Assembly: GCA_964304625.1 (NCBI GenBank)
Contig: OZ199839.1
Coordinates: forward strand, 11,002,647-11,066,646
Direction: 5' to 3'
DNA length: 64,000 nt
From: Kudoa neothunni
Lineage: Eukaryota; Animalia; Cnidaria
The translations under genes were made by a program, and so were the position numbers. Positions 1-14,556 of this stretch are shown in pieces; position 1 is the first letter of the stretch, and the number at the start of each line of letters is the position of its first letter. Below the pieces are notes generated by a model. It was not told the origin of the DNA. It saw nothing but the letters and a program-made list of their open reading frames with translations, and ran no database searches.

Positions 1-14
1 TTTTATATAGACTA

Positions 15-912
15 CAGTATCGTAGGGTTATTACGTAGCATGGTTATTGCGCACCTGAAATCTGTTGTTTGATTACATTGGCATGGTTAGTACGCAGTAG
101 GAAAAAGGGAAAAATTATCGCTTACTTGAAGAAAACATGTAGATTATTAAATAATTGGAAAAATTAAGAACTAAGAGTGACTCTAAAGCGAACATCGTTA
201 GGCGCTCCTGCCTCAAATCAGTCACCACATTGAATAGAATATAATTGTATCAATTGAATCAAAAATATTTTCAGACTTTATTTCAAGGGATTAAAGATTT
301 TATCGCGAAACTCTTATAAAATAAATTGAAACTACTCGATATAAGAACGAAAGAATTGATAGAACTTTCGATAATGAGAAATATAAAAGCAAAATAAATT
401 AGCCATTGGCGTAAAGGACGACACGAAGGACAACACTCCTATAACTGTCGGTTGAGGACAGTTCCATGGGTTTGCTTCGAGAGTTAGTCTAAAAATGAAC
501 AAATTAAATAGAAGATATAAAAGAAATTATTCAAGTTCCATCATTACAAATCGCTGGAATACATTACAAAATTAAATTTTTCCTTTTGCAAAATAAAATA
601 AACTTTTTTTAAAACATGATAAATAACAAATTTCTCGTTGAAAAAATAATTCTGTCTTAAACTATCTTATTTATTTTCGAAATACTCGGCAAACAATACA
701 AAAATTATGACGAAAATTTTTCACATCCCTCTATTAACTTTATTAGTTGTGCAACGAGAGAATGAATAAAAAAAGTAGAAAAAATGGTCGCACACCCACC
801 AAATTTTCCCCGATATGCTCAGGCGCTAAAACATGGATATTAAGTAGTGCAGTGTTATTACGCACTCGTGTCTACGTCCCAAAAAGGTGCGTAGTATTCC
901 TGCACAATTGTA
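15..912 (+). mobile_element. Degenerate pogo/Tigger-like DNA transposon derivative
   Basis: Imperfect inverted ends (tacagtatcgtagggttattacg ... tgcgtagtattcctgcacaattgta). It shares sequence blocks (ttattgcgcacc, tggttagtacgcagt, ttaggcgc) with the pogo-like element at about 23.9-25.8 kb. Confidence 0.45.
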
Positions 913-1499
913 TATAGATATAATGCAAGTTTTTGAAATTTTCTGAATATTACTCGATCAACGTCTGAGAGGCAAAAATAAATGGTTGACTATGTTGCGG
1001 TTTTAAAAGCAACATAAACAATCCTCTCAAAATCGGTGACCACATATTTTGGAAAGAGATAATCACGTTTTTCCCAAACAATATTTATTGTCTTGATGTA
1101 ATTATTCGCTGTTTTTAAAATTAAATAAATACAAATGGATAAACATTTGCATTAATTTTACCACTAAACACGTATAATTATAATAATTCTTCATGACAAA
1201 TGTTGAAAGTTTTGTCTGAAATAAGAATCCAGGAGTTTTGAATATGTTTAAAATTCAATGAAATAATCATAGTAACAATTCTGATTTCAATCTCTGTGTC
1301 GTAATAAAAAAATGAAATTTTCATCCGAAACACTTCTACCATCCAATTCTAACGAATTTTTTGTTACATCGACAACGATAGAATTTCGAATATTTTTGTA
1401 AAAATCCTTTTATTCGTATCTGATAAATCATGTAATTTAGTAATAGCAGTAACAGTGACAGTAATTCCGGAAAATATTTTGTGTATAAAGCAAGGCGAA

Positions 1500-1830
1500 T
1501 TTACTGATAAACTTTTAATTGTTTTATTTAAAAATATTTTATAAATATAATTCTCAGGTAGCATGTTATCATGAGAATCGAACAGTTTAATATTCTCCAT
1601 TTAAGTCAGCGGAGATGTAGATGCGGTTAACTTTGCATCGCGTTTTCGGTTCTGACAGCTATAACAATAACAATTCTTCGCATAATAATATTTCATATAA
1701 AAATAATTTTTATTGAAAATCTTTTCAATTCCTTGAAATATTAACAAGTTTCTGGTGGGCTTTTCGTTGTGTCGTCTACCTGGTGTGCGCACGCACCCCC
1801 GAAAAATCTTTATTTCTTTGCCAGTAAACA
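1500..1830 (-). mobile_element. Possible LTR/Ginger-type integrase zinc-binding remnant
   Basis: The minus-strand translation ...RTPGRR...IFQGIEK...AKNCYCYSCQNRK loosely resembles an H2C2 integrase domain. It is heavily degraded. Confidence 0.25.
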
Positions 1831-2790
1831 AACTCTTAAAACATAGTTTTGTGCTTAATAAATTAATCATGTATTATATCACGTCCCAATAAACTTAGCT
1901 ACAATAGGCATAATAATAAAAATAAATCGAACTTTTATGTATAATAACACCGAGAAAAAAACCCCCCAAATTACATTAATGAAATAGTGAATGTCCTTTC
2001 TACAATAAAATTTCATCATAATTGCATAACGTGGATATTGCATCGAGATAATAAAGGCAATAGTATTTTTATAATTCTCTCATATATTTCAAATTCTTAT
2101 AATTAGAATTAAACTCGTGGTTCCAGAATCTGTACGTGACCTTTTTATATTCATCTAAAAAGGAATTGGTTATCGACACTATAAATAATATAATATTCAG
2201 GTTTATTATTTTGATTGTATGTATTTTGAGGGGGTCAAAAAACGAATGGATAGGTCATAAATAATTAAATATAACAGATTCAAAAAAATGAAATCTGTAT
2301 ACAGCTTGTGAGTAAGAGTTGCAAGAATTAAAATTTTCATTGCTTAAGCGTACATATTGTACATGATTAATATTTAGCGTGCCAATAATATTTTCCTTAA
2401 AAAAATAATAATATACGTTTAATATTGCGAGTCTACTTGTTCCTACTAGATGCGCATGTGCATTCTTCAAGTTTTTTCGAGTTATCCCTCATTCTTGCCT
2501 CATATCGTTTTCAATAAACTCTAAAATTATTGTTTTATAATTAAAATATTAACCCAGTTATATATTTCATCTCGATAAAACGAACTACTATCACTTCAGA
2601 ATGTTCCGTAATTAAACTATTTTCTATAATTACACCACTGAAAGTATTAGGTATGGATTATAAATTAAAATAAATATTTTGAACAAGTTAATGCGATTAT
2701 TATTGGCAAAATAATACGGATGACTAAATAAAGATTAACCTTCATAATTTCTGATCATAAATTTACGCAAGCGTGGCTTTATGGGACGAG

Positions 2791-4779
2791 ATGAATGAAC
2801 AAATTCCTTTCACTAAAGTAGAAAGATTGTATAAATAAAAATTAATGAAAATTAATCTGCAAAACAAATAGATATTATTGATGGGAAAATCGGGATCAGG
2901 AAAAACGAGCGTTCGTTCGATGATATTTTCCAATTACATTGCTCATGAAACTCGTGGTCTATCGGCTACAAGTTAATTCATTATTTTTATATTTATAACA
3001 TGAGGTTTTGGATTTAGTAAATGTTGAATATTGTCACATTCGTTTTCTTGGGAATTTAGTGCTTAGTTTGTGGGATTGTGGAGGGTAAATTGCATGTTGT
3101 TGTGGGTGTGTTACACCTGCACACACCAACATCACTCTGTTTTAGACAGGACATTTTTTTGAGTGAGTATTTTTCTACACAAAGAGAGAAAATTTTTCGT
3201 GAAGTTGAGGCGTTAGTTTATTTGTTTGATGTGAAATCCTCAGAAGTTGAAAATGATATGTCGTTGTTCAAATTGTGTTTGCATCATTTGAACGAATTTT
3301 CTAATGAAGCTCAAATATTTGTACTATTGCATAAAATGGATTTGTTGGGAGAGGACTCACGAGACGATGTATTATACATTGGAGAGTTTGCTCTTTTATT
3401 TGGTGTTATTAATTCAGATTTTTAACGAAAAAGTTAAACTTTTTGCCGCCGCCGCTCCCGACAATAATATCAAATGTTTCCAATCCAGCATCTACAACGA
3501 AAGTATATATTATGTAAGTGATTGGAGTTTCTATTACATCGCCTAGCTATCATTTAATTCGTTTGTTGTTTAGACATGGTCTCACATAATGCGCGACCTT
3601 ATACCAAACTCTAGAGTGTTCGAGGAGAAATTAACTCAACTATCAATTGCTATAAAAGCTCGTGAAGCTATAATTTTTGAAAAAGAAACTCTTGTGGTAA
3701 AACACCCTCATTCAAATTAATCAAGGAAGGGGGAGTATTGGCCTTAACAAATTTAATTTCCCCTGTAGTTATGGCAATTTAAACTACTTTTGATACATCG
3801 CTAAGCACTTATAATTCAAATTAACTTAAGTATTGCAGATTCTATTATGTAAATTGTACCACATAACGATAATTAAGTGTTATGTGGACTAAATATGGTA
3901 TCCATCGTGCATAAAATTAAATTTATATAAGGGTCGTGATATCAGCAACCATCATTTTTACTCATTAACCTAAAAAATAATATTACGTAACAATTTAACT
4001 CCTTATGCAGTCTAAAAAAGTAGTCATCATAATTGAAGATGGCATCTATATACATACGTATATATATATGTATGTATGTATATATGTATGTATATATATA
4101 TGTATGTATATATATATGTATGTAATGTATATATGTATGTATATATATATGTATGTAATGTATATATATATGTATGTATATATACAGGGATAAATTTCGT
4201 TTGGATCAATGATCGCTATCTGAAGCTGAATGTGAGTTATTGTAACTGTATTTTTGTGTTAGATAGTTGCGCATTACTCTGAAGATAAAAACTTTGATAA
4301 ATCACTTTTCGAAAGGTTAAGCTACATTGTGAAACAATTCCAAATGTGTTGTAGGTGAGTTTCATCCTTATATTTCTGCGTTATGCGGTGTTATTAATTA
4401 TTTGTAAAATAAGTAAAACCAAAACCGAATTTAAACACATATCTCTCGACGTGGATGACAAAAATATCTTTTTTTGCCATTTCACCACCTTTTCCCATGT
4501 GATGTTTTTGCTGGATCGTGAATCCAATAAAAGAGGTATTCGTTTACATCTATTTCTTGTAGGTTTGACTATAACAGTGATAATAATAGCATTAGTCGTA
4601 GTTTAGCAATGTTTTCTTTCAGTTGCTTAGCATCATTATTAATCTCCGTCAATCTAGGTTATTACGCTAGAATGAAGGCTATACGAGCAACATCGGAAGA
4701 ATTCCAACAGCTCGAACGGAGTAACGGGCTCACGTGTACGTTTGATCAGGATGACAGTTTGTATGGCGACAACAGTTGA
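2791..4779 (+). CDS. RRAGA: Rag GTPase A/B (Gtr1/RagA), multi-exon
   Basis: Spliced translation MNEQIPFTK|[50 protein letters not shown]|[21 protein letters not shown]1, G3 and G4 motifs of RagA are present. Intron 1 is 2818-2871 (54 nt). A larger intron at about 3696-4263 holds a microsatellite. The 3' exon structure is uncertain. Confidence 0.93.
4047..4185. repeat. Compound (TA)n/(TATG)n microsatellite in RagA intron
   Basis: Directly visible; it explains the spurious YI/YM ORFs. Confidence 0.95.
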
Positions 4780-6395
4780 CGTTTATAAAATTTGTTTTGT
4801 TGCGCAAGTTTTTTTGCTTTATGAAGATAATATATTAAGTGAAAATGGTTATTTATTAGGATTTAAATAGTTATAATGTTCGAAATAAGTTTTATCGACT
4901 ATTAGCTTAAAATTAGAGAAAAAAAGAAAATTTAATAAAAATCGTATTCATACGTGTCATAATCACCTAAAAATTTCGTCTTGTCTTTAAAATGCAGTGA
5001 AAAATTATTATTAATCTATAAACTATAAAAAAATAAAGTCAACTTAAGATGTGTCAGAAATAAAAATATTAATTTGTATTCCTTTTTTGCTAATTTATAA
5101 AGGATGTTTTAAAAAGCTGTGAGTGGTAACTTACGTATTCACTATTTTAACCCAATTCCTAGATTATTAAATGAATGAAACCTTTCTTCTTAACAAAAAT
5201 AATTATTGGGTCAAAAATCTACTAATTTAATTAACAAAATACGATTAAACCTAAAATTAAAATGTGCTTTTGTTTTGAAAAATTACAGTAATGCTAAACT
5301 ATTTAAATATCAACTGGTTTTCTCGAAGGAGTGCACCCTTTTAAAAATAAACGTAGTGTTTGATTGTCCTAAAAAAATTCCCATGTATTGAATTATTCTT
5401 AGGTTAACGAAAACTTTGGAAAATATCGGTTAGATTTAATAGATAAATAATTTCTTATTAACATACATGGTACGTATTGAGAAGGGACTATATTTTGTGC
5501 AAAAGTAATCGTGAATATAAATTCTTAAACTACGTATAAAATACGGTGGCATATATTTTAGTACTACTTTTATATCATGATGAATTATTTATAGCGAAAA
5601 GAAAATTATATATTGATTTGAATATTAACCTTAAGGTAGGTCTGGGGTAAAGAATAATTAGGTTACTAAGAATTTAAACATTATTTAAAAATTTATCTCA
5701 TCAATTATAGGAACTCATCGAATTAGTTATGCCAGCTGTTTTGAAAGAAAGTTTAGGAAAACCAAAAAATGAATTAATTCAATATTGAAAAGACGAATAT
5801 AGTTTCAATCTCAATTGATATATTTGAGAAAAAGACATTTTCACAAAAATTTAATTATACGAAAATTCTACACACATCCCACATCGTTTTTAGAATGCGT
5901 ATAGAAACCCAAATAATTCCAACATGTCAACAATTTTAATCTCGAATTATGTGTTTTATTTAAAACGATAAAAATCTTTTTCGCAAAATTATATCCATAA
6001 CGCTTGAAAAGTGAAAACGCATCCTAAATAATTTGGTTATGTTTCAGATTTTAAGGGAAATGCAACAACTCTTGTTGTAAATGTGACGTCAATAGTTTTA
6101 TTTGTCTTAAAATTACTCTAAACGGGCATACATAATATTTTTAACGCATTCTATATCATAATTAAAAGATTTTCTTTGTGTGTATTGAATAAAAGTTCAT
6201 TCTAATAGAGTAAAACTTTGAAGTGAAAAAACATCAATATTATTCAGGTACTTTTTAATCGGTTAATTGAGTAAATAAACGATTTTTCTTAATGTTATCA
6301 TCTATTCAAATGCAAATTAAAAGCTATATTTAAAGAAAGTTTCTCCTTGGCACATGCATGTTGCTGAAAACACACGCGCACTGACATACCTAAGA

Positions 6396-6399
<4 letters not shown>

Positions 6400-6428
<29 letters not shown>
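6400..6428. repeat. (TA)n microsatellite
   Basis: Directly visible. Confidence 0.95.
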
Positions 6429-6432
<4 letters not shown>

Positions 6433-6778
6433 GATTATTTGAACCAAAATTACCGTTAAGTTGAATATATTTGTCTATATAAACACTGCAAACATGTAGA
6501 GTTAGAATTAAATAAATACTCAAAAAGAGTCCACAATGTGTTGTGTCCAAAATCGATTATCGACTGTATATGAAATCAGAAATTTTTTTACGATTGTTTA
6601 ATTTTATACAAGGTATAATATAGTTGTGAAAAGAAGAAAAATGGATGTCTTAGTTATCGCTTAATTTAAATTGTTTTTTCAATCCTTTTAATCTTCAAAA
6701 TGCTTTGCAATAAATATCGAAAATGGCTCGCTCTCAGAGAAATGTTGACGATAAATAAAAATTATAATGTGATGAATA

Positions 6779-6842
6779 GTCGCGGGAAGGGATCGAACCC
6801 CCGAGCCATAATTTAAAGGCGGTGATGCCATACTGCTCTGCT
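6779..6842 (-). repeat. tRNA-derived repeat (SINE head or tRNA pseudogene), copy 1
   Basis: The reverse complement cagagcagtatggcatcaccgcctttaaattatggctcgggggttcgatcccttcccgcgac has a Pol III B-box (GGTTCGATCCC). It shares gtatggcaNcaccgcctttaa with 26326-26400. Confidence 0.6.
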
Positions 6843-7259
6843 GCTGATTACGCATTTGTTAACTTTGGTTACGATTCTTACAATCAGACATTAAACTGAA
6901 TAGTCAGAGAAACGAAAAACCCCCAAAAAATCAATGACCATTTATAAAAGTTAATTATGTAGCTTACGCACGTGTGTGCCTCGGTATTACGTAATTATTT
7001 CTTGGCCCTAATAAGTTGTGTAATATCTAGAGCTCACTATATCTCAAATATTAAATAAATATTCTAATGTCATAATTCACTAAAATTATTGTTAGTTTCT
7101 TTTGAGTAGATAAAAATGCTATAACATTTTAAAATTATTTGGATAAAATATTCATAACAGAGCACCATAGAGATGAACATTGGACACGAAAGAGTTATGG
7201 AACAAAAACAGAAAAACAAAACGTTTGTTTCTAAAAATAAGGTAGAACTAAAATATTCG

Positions 7260-9034
7260 CTAGGTAGGCTTTGTAGAGAATGAGCAACATTGTCTAAGGT
7301 CACAATCTTTGCCAGGCGGGCATGCCAATAGACAGGTGGCGTCGGTCTGCTCTGAATTGGTCTCCTAGGAAAAATAAGTCAATTAAAATGTAAAAAAAAT
7401 CTAACTTGATAAAATTCTGGCTGAATCGTCAACGAGTGGATGCCAATAGAGTGGAAATAATTTTTGATTTTCTCACTGTTGTTTATGTAGCTGTTGAAGT
7501 TGGTGAACTTCACATGCAAGGTTGCAATATGTTTGGATCCAACCAACTGCCAAAGATGGAAATCATGAATGTCCAATATGTCTTTAAACTAAAATGAGAA
7601 TGTGAAAATAGATATGAATTGTTGTTTGTTTGTTTATTTATTTATTTGTGAGTGAGTGAGTGAGTTATGATTAGTTGTTAGAAGCGCTCACTTTTTGTTG
7701 TAATTCATTCTGAATGGTTACGATGTCGAAACCTTTAGGGACAGTTTGAATAAGAATTTTAACGGCATCTTTTGCTATATAGAAGTTTTTTATAAATGGG
7801 ATTATGTGCGCGATTATACCTAAGGGGATAGAGGAGTACAACAATATTATCACAGATATTATGCTGCATACAACGAGAATTAATCATCCACAATACAAAA
7901 CAACTAACAACCTCAGAGAGGGATCAAGGTAGTCGACCCATTTTTGTTTTATGAATTTAATAAACAAACAATTGATTATCACAATAATCGATCCCAAAAA
8001 ATCCCCAACAATATGCAAATAAACACCCCTGATATTCATTTGGGACGACTGCAAAGGCACTACTCAAACAGAAATAATCTCTCCTGTCAATAGTGTATTA
8101 CCATCTAACCTATCTTCCACAGCAACTTTGATGTCTGGTTGTTCGACTAGGGACTGTGTTGGTGTGAAGTTAGAACAGCCTACGTTGTATGAGTCATTCG
8201 GGATGGAAAAATTGAGTTGTTCTATGTGCGTAAACATCAGTTTTGATTCAAACGAATAGAAAAATTCGATGCAGTTTTTAGTAATAGATACCCTGACCTC
8301 TTGTTTCTTGTGAACCACGAGTGGCATTGTGGGGCTATTCAATTTGTTTATTAGAGAATATGTGCAATTGGTTGTGTTACTGATTTTTGTTTCGAATTAC
8401 GATGACTGTGGCCATGTGCATGATCTAACAATAATTTTATTATCACTACTATCGTGAAAATAACGGCAACAACCACTTATTTCAACATATGTTGATGTGG
8501 AAATGTAGTCTAATGCTGCACCTACCGTGAAACAGTAACAAACCAACTGCGTTCAATGCGAGACCGCCAATAGCTACACCCATTACAATCAATGGTCGGG
8601 TGGTAGTTTGTGGGTCGGAATATCGCATAAGGGCTTCGATCAAAATAGTAAAGCATAATGCAACCAGAAAAATCGAGTTAACCAATGCTCCGACCACTTC
8701 AGATCTCACCCATCCAAAAGTGTTTTTTACTTCCCCTTTTTCGTTCACTGCTGCACGATTTGAAATCTACATAATAGTTTACATCAATCCAGCTGAAATC
8801 ATTATTTATTTGATAGGTAATTCTCCTCAAATAAATGAATGAATAAATAAAACCTACCCTACTGGCCACATATCCTATCACCAACGATACTACATCGGAC
8901 AGCATATGGTAGGCATCTGCCTGCAGCACCAACGAACGGTACACATATCCAACGGCTAGCTCAACCAAAAAATATCCTCCTGTTAGCACAAACATTATTC
9001 CAAACGAAGTTTTGGCAGAAATTTGACATCGCAT
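7260..9034 (-). CDS. Cation diffusion facilitator zinc exporter, ZnT1/ZnT10-like (SLC30), multi-exon
   Basis: SLVLQADAYHMLSD (TM2), NTFGWVRSEVVGALVN, His loop DHAHGHSH, MNIRGVYLHIVGDFLGS (TM5), IHDFHLWQL, HSLTIQPEF and a Cys-rich tail CLLACPPGKDCDLRQCC. Stop at 7260-7262. Confidence 0.93.
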
Positions 9035-9449
9035 CTCTTACATTAAACCTGCCCAACCAGCTGCAATGCAAATACAAAGAATAACTACAATGGATTATTC
9101 GGATAGAGAGTTTATTGTTAGGATTAGTGCAGATTTTTCTAAGGATGAGTCTAATTTGAGACAATTAGGTTTTAATCAGTTACTAATGTAGCAAGATTTC
9201 GTTCTCTGATACTGTACCAGACAATAAACCTGTGATCGAAAACCCCGCATCATTGCCTCGCGCATTATCTGCCCAAATATCTAACAATAGGTCTGCCAAC
9301 TTTCCAGCCACATCCCTCCATGATATAGTCATGCACATCCGATTAGCTGCATGAAAATTTATTCTAATTATGCATGACTTAAGCTAAGATAACTGCACAA
9401 TATCAAACGACAAAATTATGAAATCGGAACAGAATTATTGATAAAACAA

Positions 9450-9870
9450 AAATTATTTATTTAATTTTTCAAATGTTGTTTGTGTGCACTAAAATCGTTA
9501 TCCTACTCTGAACGATTTCGTCCACTCAATTTTCCGATGCTATCCGTTGTTCGTAATCATAGTTCGGATAATACAGAAAATTCTATTTTTATTGTTGAGT
9601 TAACATCAATTCAATAGCTCCTTATAATTTTAATGTTAAAGTCGTGCTTATTCGGATCATTTAGTGTCAATTTGATAAAAGTTTTGGATCCATTTTTTCG
9701 ATTCTATACTCGAATATCAACCGAATCAATCACAAGGAAATATATTAACCTCTGAATTTTCTGTTGCAATGCAATCAGGGAAATTTTTCTCAGATTGTTA
9801 TTATAATGTCAATCCATAATCAAATGATGCATAAGTGATATTTATCAAATATAAGATGTAAAATTAAAAT
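9450..9870 (-). mobile_element. Degraded MULE transposase fragment
   Basis: Remnant motifs SFDYGL..KNFPDCI (DFE..FP-like) and RT..NN.*HRKL (RTNN..EGxH-like), with stops. Confidence 0.35.
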
Positions 9871-9988
9871 TGTTTATGGTATTTAAAAAATGCTATAATA
9901 TTAATATTTACATAAATAATCGATATTCAAAATTTTCGGTAGCTTTTCTATATATTTGTGACCACAAGAAAACTCAATCTTAACTTAA

Positions 9989-12380
9989 CCCATAAACACT
10001 ACCCCTGAGCTCTACGAGCCCACTTCCGAATAAAACTCGCTTTTAACTCGCCAATTTTACTCATTTTTACCCCGGATTTCACGTAAATTCATAAAAAATT
10101 ATTTTCCATAATTTTGTAAAATATCTGAAAATTTTTTTCCCCGCATATTAAGCTGTTTGAGATACAGGTGAACTTATTATTAAGTAAAAAATAACAAATC
10201 TGTCCATTTTTAATCCCAAATATTAACAGGATTTCCCCAGCACATTGTGTTGTCCAGCAATAATAGCTTCTTCCGATGCAGAAAGTATATCTTCAGGTGA
10301 AATTTAAAAGTTATTGCAGATAGAAAAAGAACCTACATTTTGTAATTTTAAATTATTGAGTAATTTCAATTTTGAAGGATTTTGCATTGTATTTCTATAT
10401 ATAGATGATACTGACACTACAAACGAATGCACCCTAATGGATGAAAATAGTAAAGTTCCACTTCTTATATTTCAAAATACAAATCTTTAATCTAGTCTCC
10501 AAAACCCATACCTGGACGAACTGCCAATCAAAATATTATCAGTAATGACCTAGAGGAAGGAAAACCTATTGAAACATTTTACACAACAAACATATTGAAC
10601 TCATTTTCGCATTTTATAAGAGAAGAGATGCTCGAAGAATTTTTATCGTTCACAAACCGTAAGGGTCATGAAAAATATAATGATTCGTGGAAACGCCTAG
10701 ATTGCATCGAAATAAAAGCTTTCTTAGGATTGCTGTTATTGGCTGGTTCCAATAAATCCAACCTAGGGTGTACCAGGATTCTGTGGCATGAAATTTATGG
10801 AAGACCATTATTTCGCGCCACTATAAATAAAACGAGATTTCAACAAATCTTAAATTGATTGCGCTTTGATTAATATTGGAAGAGTAGAAAGTTCCCAAAT
10901 TCAGCTGATAAGTTTCCCCCGTCAGTAAACTGTTTTGAAATTTTTCTGAAATCTGTAGGAATAGTTGTATTCCTGGACCTAATTTGACCGTAGTTAAACA
11001 ACTGTATTCGTTCCGAGGACGTGTATCATTTCTTGTTTAATTGTCAAAAAAACCATCCAAATATGGGCTAAAATTTTGGATCTTATGTGATAGTCAAACA
11101 CGTTACGTATCCAACGTTTTGCCTTACTTGGGTAAAATTGATGAGTGCCGTGAAACAAATCTATGTTTTAAAGTTGTCATTGATTTGACTCAACATTTAT
11201 TGGACTCCGGAAAAACTATTACATACAATAATTATTTCATTTCCTGGAAGCTAGCTATATATCTACGATAAAGAAAAACGTCCATTCTTGCTACGGTATG
11301 CCTATGTCGAACATTTATTCCAACTGAATTTCGACCAAATAACTTTTGGAAGATATTTTCATCCTTATTTGGTCTCTAAAAGTCATTTACCCTAATTTCT
11401 TATGTACTGAGGAAAAACAAGGCTGTAATAATTCTTTCTTCAGAGCGTCGTACTCCAAGCGTTAGTTCATAGTACCATCGTAAACCAAAAGCAATTTTGG
11501 ATTATAATGTACAGAAATGTGATGTTGACACTTTGGATCAATGTGTTTCCACGTATACATGTAAAAGAAAATGTTGACGGTGGCCGTTTGCTGTATTTTG
11601 TCAAATATTTGATATAGCTGCGTTCAATGCATTTGTTGTCTTTATGCATGGCAATCCCCATTATTGTGACACAAACAAGTCAAATCGTCACCGACAATTT
11701 CTCATGGATTTGTCCATGTCATTAATTAAGCCCGAGCAGGAATGGAGATATAAAATTGCACTTTTTTCTAACCAGCTTGTTGTTAAAAGAACAATGAAAA
11801 TAGTTGGTTTCGAATTTAACAAAGAAAGTGATCCTCCAGTGGAAAACCACAAAAATAATCAAAGAAAGCGATGCCGTTTATGTCCTCCTATCAGTATCGT
11901 ACGTAGAAGCAAGCAAATCCGTTACATATGTGATCGAAATGTTTGTAATGAACATTCAAAGAAAAACATTATTTGTTTAAACTGTGACTCACAACAAAAA
12001 TAATTTAAACATATTTCTTGTCTATGATTTTTTATTGAATGCTCCGTGAATATTTATAACGGTTGGAACATATGGTAGAAGTGAATTTAAAATAAATAAT
12101 TATTAATTTTTCTAACTAAATTAATAGGAACGTTGATTAACATACAAATAAATTAAAGCTGACAACGAATAAATACATTTTAATAATAGGAAACAATATA
12201 ATAATTTTTTGTTATGCGTAATAATATAGATTATCTTATTACCTTGAACTGTTCTATTTGTGTTTATATATCGTACATAATGTGACCTGCCGATAGTAGA
12301 AGAGTTAATTTAAAAGTAAAATATAATACTGCATTCGACGTAAATTAATCCCTGGGCTCCAGGAGGTTAGTATTTAAGGG
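9989..12380 (+). mobile_element. piggyBac transposon (PGBD4-like), full length but pseudogenised
   Basis: TTAA at 9985-9988 and 12381-12384, with CCC..GGG TIRs (cccataaacacta / tagtatttaaggg). Transposase pieces EIKAFLGLLLLAG and KPSKYGLKFW, and a C-terminal Cys-rich domain RKRCRLC..CDRNVCNEH. Many stops. Confidence 0.93.
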
Positions 12381-13949
12381 TTAAAGCCTGATACTAGAGA
12401 TAATAACGATTATGCTCCAATTATAATGTGCTCATTCGTGACTTTAACATCAACTAAATTCGGGTTCGTGAGTATATGTATACCTCGGTAATATCACAGA
12501 CCGTGGCATGGTAGCGTAAAAGTATATGGATCTTAAAAACTCTCTTGCATGTGATACTCTGATAATTTTTCCTTAAACATTTATTTTCAAAAGAAAAAAT
12601 ATATAGAAAGTGGTTTTTCAACCGAAAATAATACAAAAGTTAATTTATTTTTAGCAATCCCCTTGGGAACGAGAAAAAGTGCGAACAAATAGTTTATCTT
12701 CTTTCCCCCCAAATGATAAGAATACAAATGCATTATTTTATTATATTTCAAAAATATTATGATAAATAAGAGTTCTAATTATTCCTTGAAAATAATAAAC
12801 GATTATAAAATGTTTATCGTAAGAGTTGTCAATGCATAATGCATAAAAAATCGGCTACCAACCAAATGTATCAACAGTAGTTGAATTTGCACTAATTCCC
12901 ATCCGAGTATACTCGGGATATAACGCGCAATTCTCATCATTTAACGTCATTCCTAGATAACCCGAATATTCTTTAAAAAATATATAGCACGCATAATCTG
13001 GTTTCCTATAATTTTATATTACCATACAATTACAACCAATGAATTTACCAAGATTTGTCCATAACGATATCGATACGAATTTGCGCGAACGCTGTAACTG
13101 GATGTTTTAGTTAAATACAGATTTGTCGGTAATGGGAGAGTATCCAGCTCCAAAAATTTGGCATCTTCCCGTGCTCGTGCATTCCCGATTTTGTAATAAT
13201 TGAATTTAGTACATTCTTAGAATATTGATTGCTTACAAATTAGACCAAAATTTTTATTCTAAAGAGTTGCAAAAATCACAGTTCGGTAACAATCGGGAAT
13301 TGCGCGGCGTAACGCGCATACCTGTTCTTAACCTTTTTTCAGCCTAATTTGCCGTAAATAATTAATGCAATTTATATTTTTAAGATATATAATATTAGAA
13401 AATATTTTCTTATTAATTATTAATTAAATTGAACCGCCGGAATACATGCCAATTGTTTAATGTGCATTTTAACCGTTATCATCAGCCATAGGATGATGTG
13501 AACATGCCACAGATCCTAATTTACAATCGGAACACACCGAGGTATAATAACTATCCCTCTTATAGGGTGGAAACAATATCCACTCAATACATTAAATACA
13601 GCAGTAGTTACTTTAATCTATTCTATAATTTGTATAGTCACGAAATTAAATTTTCAGGCAATACGAATAAATCACGGAAAAAATCATTTAAATATTTTAA
13701 ATTATTAAAATGGCGAACACTAAATAGAGAGTCGGACAAAATATTCATGATATAACTGACTTTAATCAATCGTATCATAGCTACTCCATGTATAAAGCAG
13801 AAGTGTTCGAGTGTCAGCAACTAAGCATACTAAGCATGTGCGTCAAAAAATTTTTCCATATAGAGAGATATTTATGAGGTTTTTTAAAAATCACAATGTT
13901 TCAAAATATCTTTAAATCATTTTCACATTACCAAATGTTCCCAGAAGTG

Positions 13950-14350
13950 TTTAGAAAATGAGGATTTTGTCGATTCAAAGTTAGTTAAACAGATTACTTG
14001 AGTTCAGGAATACAATTATCACCTGCTTGTGACCTGCTGATGGTTGGTTGTAGTTAATTTTCCCCTTTATATGCTCTGTCAAATGTTGATTAACTGCTGC
14101 TATCTATCTTTATGTAGAAGGTTGGCGTTTGTGCAAATACACTCCTTATTTGTGGAGTTTAATGTATTTGACTTGATAAACATATTTTCAAGGTTCTATT
14201 AATGGTTTTAGATATGATGGAAAATCTATGTGATTCATGAACAACGAATTGGTGGAGAACTTTAAAATTACATTGATTGAAGCATTATAATGGAAATACT
14301 GCGTCCGTAGATTTCATTGAAATCGTCCGTTAAGTTTATCTTTCCGTGAT
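13950..14350 (-). mobile_element. Possible Gypsy integrase C-terminal remnant
   Basis: DAVF/HYNASIN..FS.NSLF resembles the AVFAYNTS..SP..L motif; frameshifted. Confidence 0.3.
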
Positions 14351-14556
14351 TAAGTTCAATGAGGATGGTTGGACTTTTATTTCACCCAATTATTTAAATT
14401 TTTTATATTGAATTTGACGCGATTTATGGCTGTTTATGGGAAAAAGTGCGTTAAGCTTTTTCTGGGCCAAGAGATAATAATTTGAGTAATACAAATCAAT
14501 TTTCGTATATTTTCTTCTATCTCTATATCGTTTTCTATTCATTTGTCTCCCGTAAA

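Noticed and set aside
4005-4282. Overlapping Tyr/Ile/Met-rich ORFs
   Set aside because: Translations of an intronic TA/TATG microsatellite.
6779-6842. Apparent TTA anticodon loop (ochre suppressor tRNA or alternative genetic code)
   Set aside because: The anticodon stem does not pair. Conserved genes here end in TAA/TAG/TGA and show no in-frame TAA read-through. A decayed tRNA-Gly-like repeat explains it better.
12880-13330. Possible MITE with gcgcaattc inverted repeats
   Set aside because: Repeats are short and degenerate, with no TSD or clear termini.
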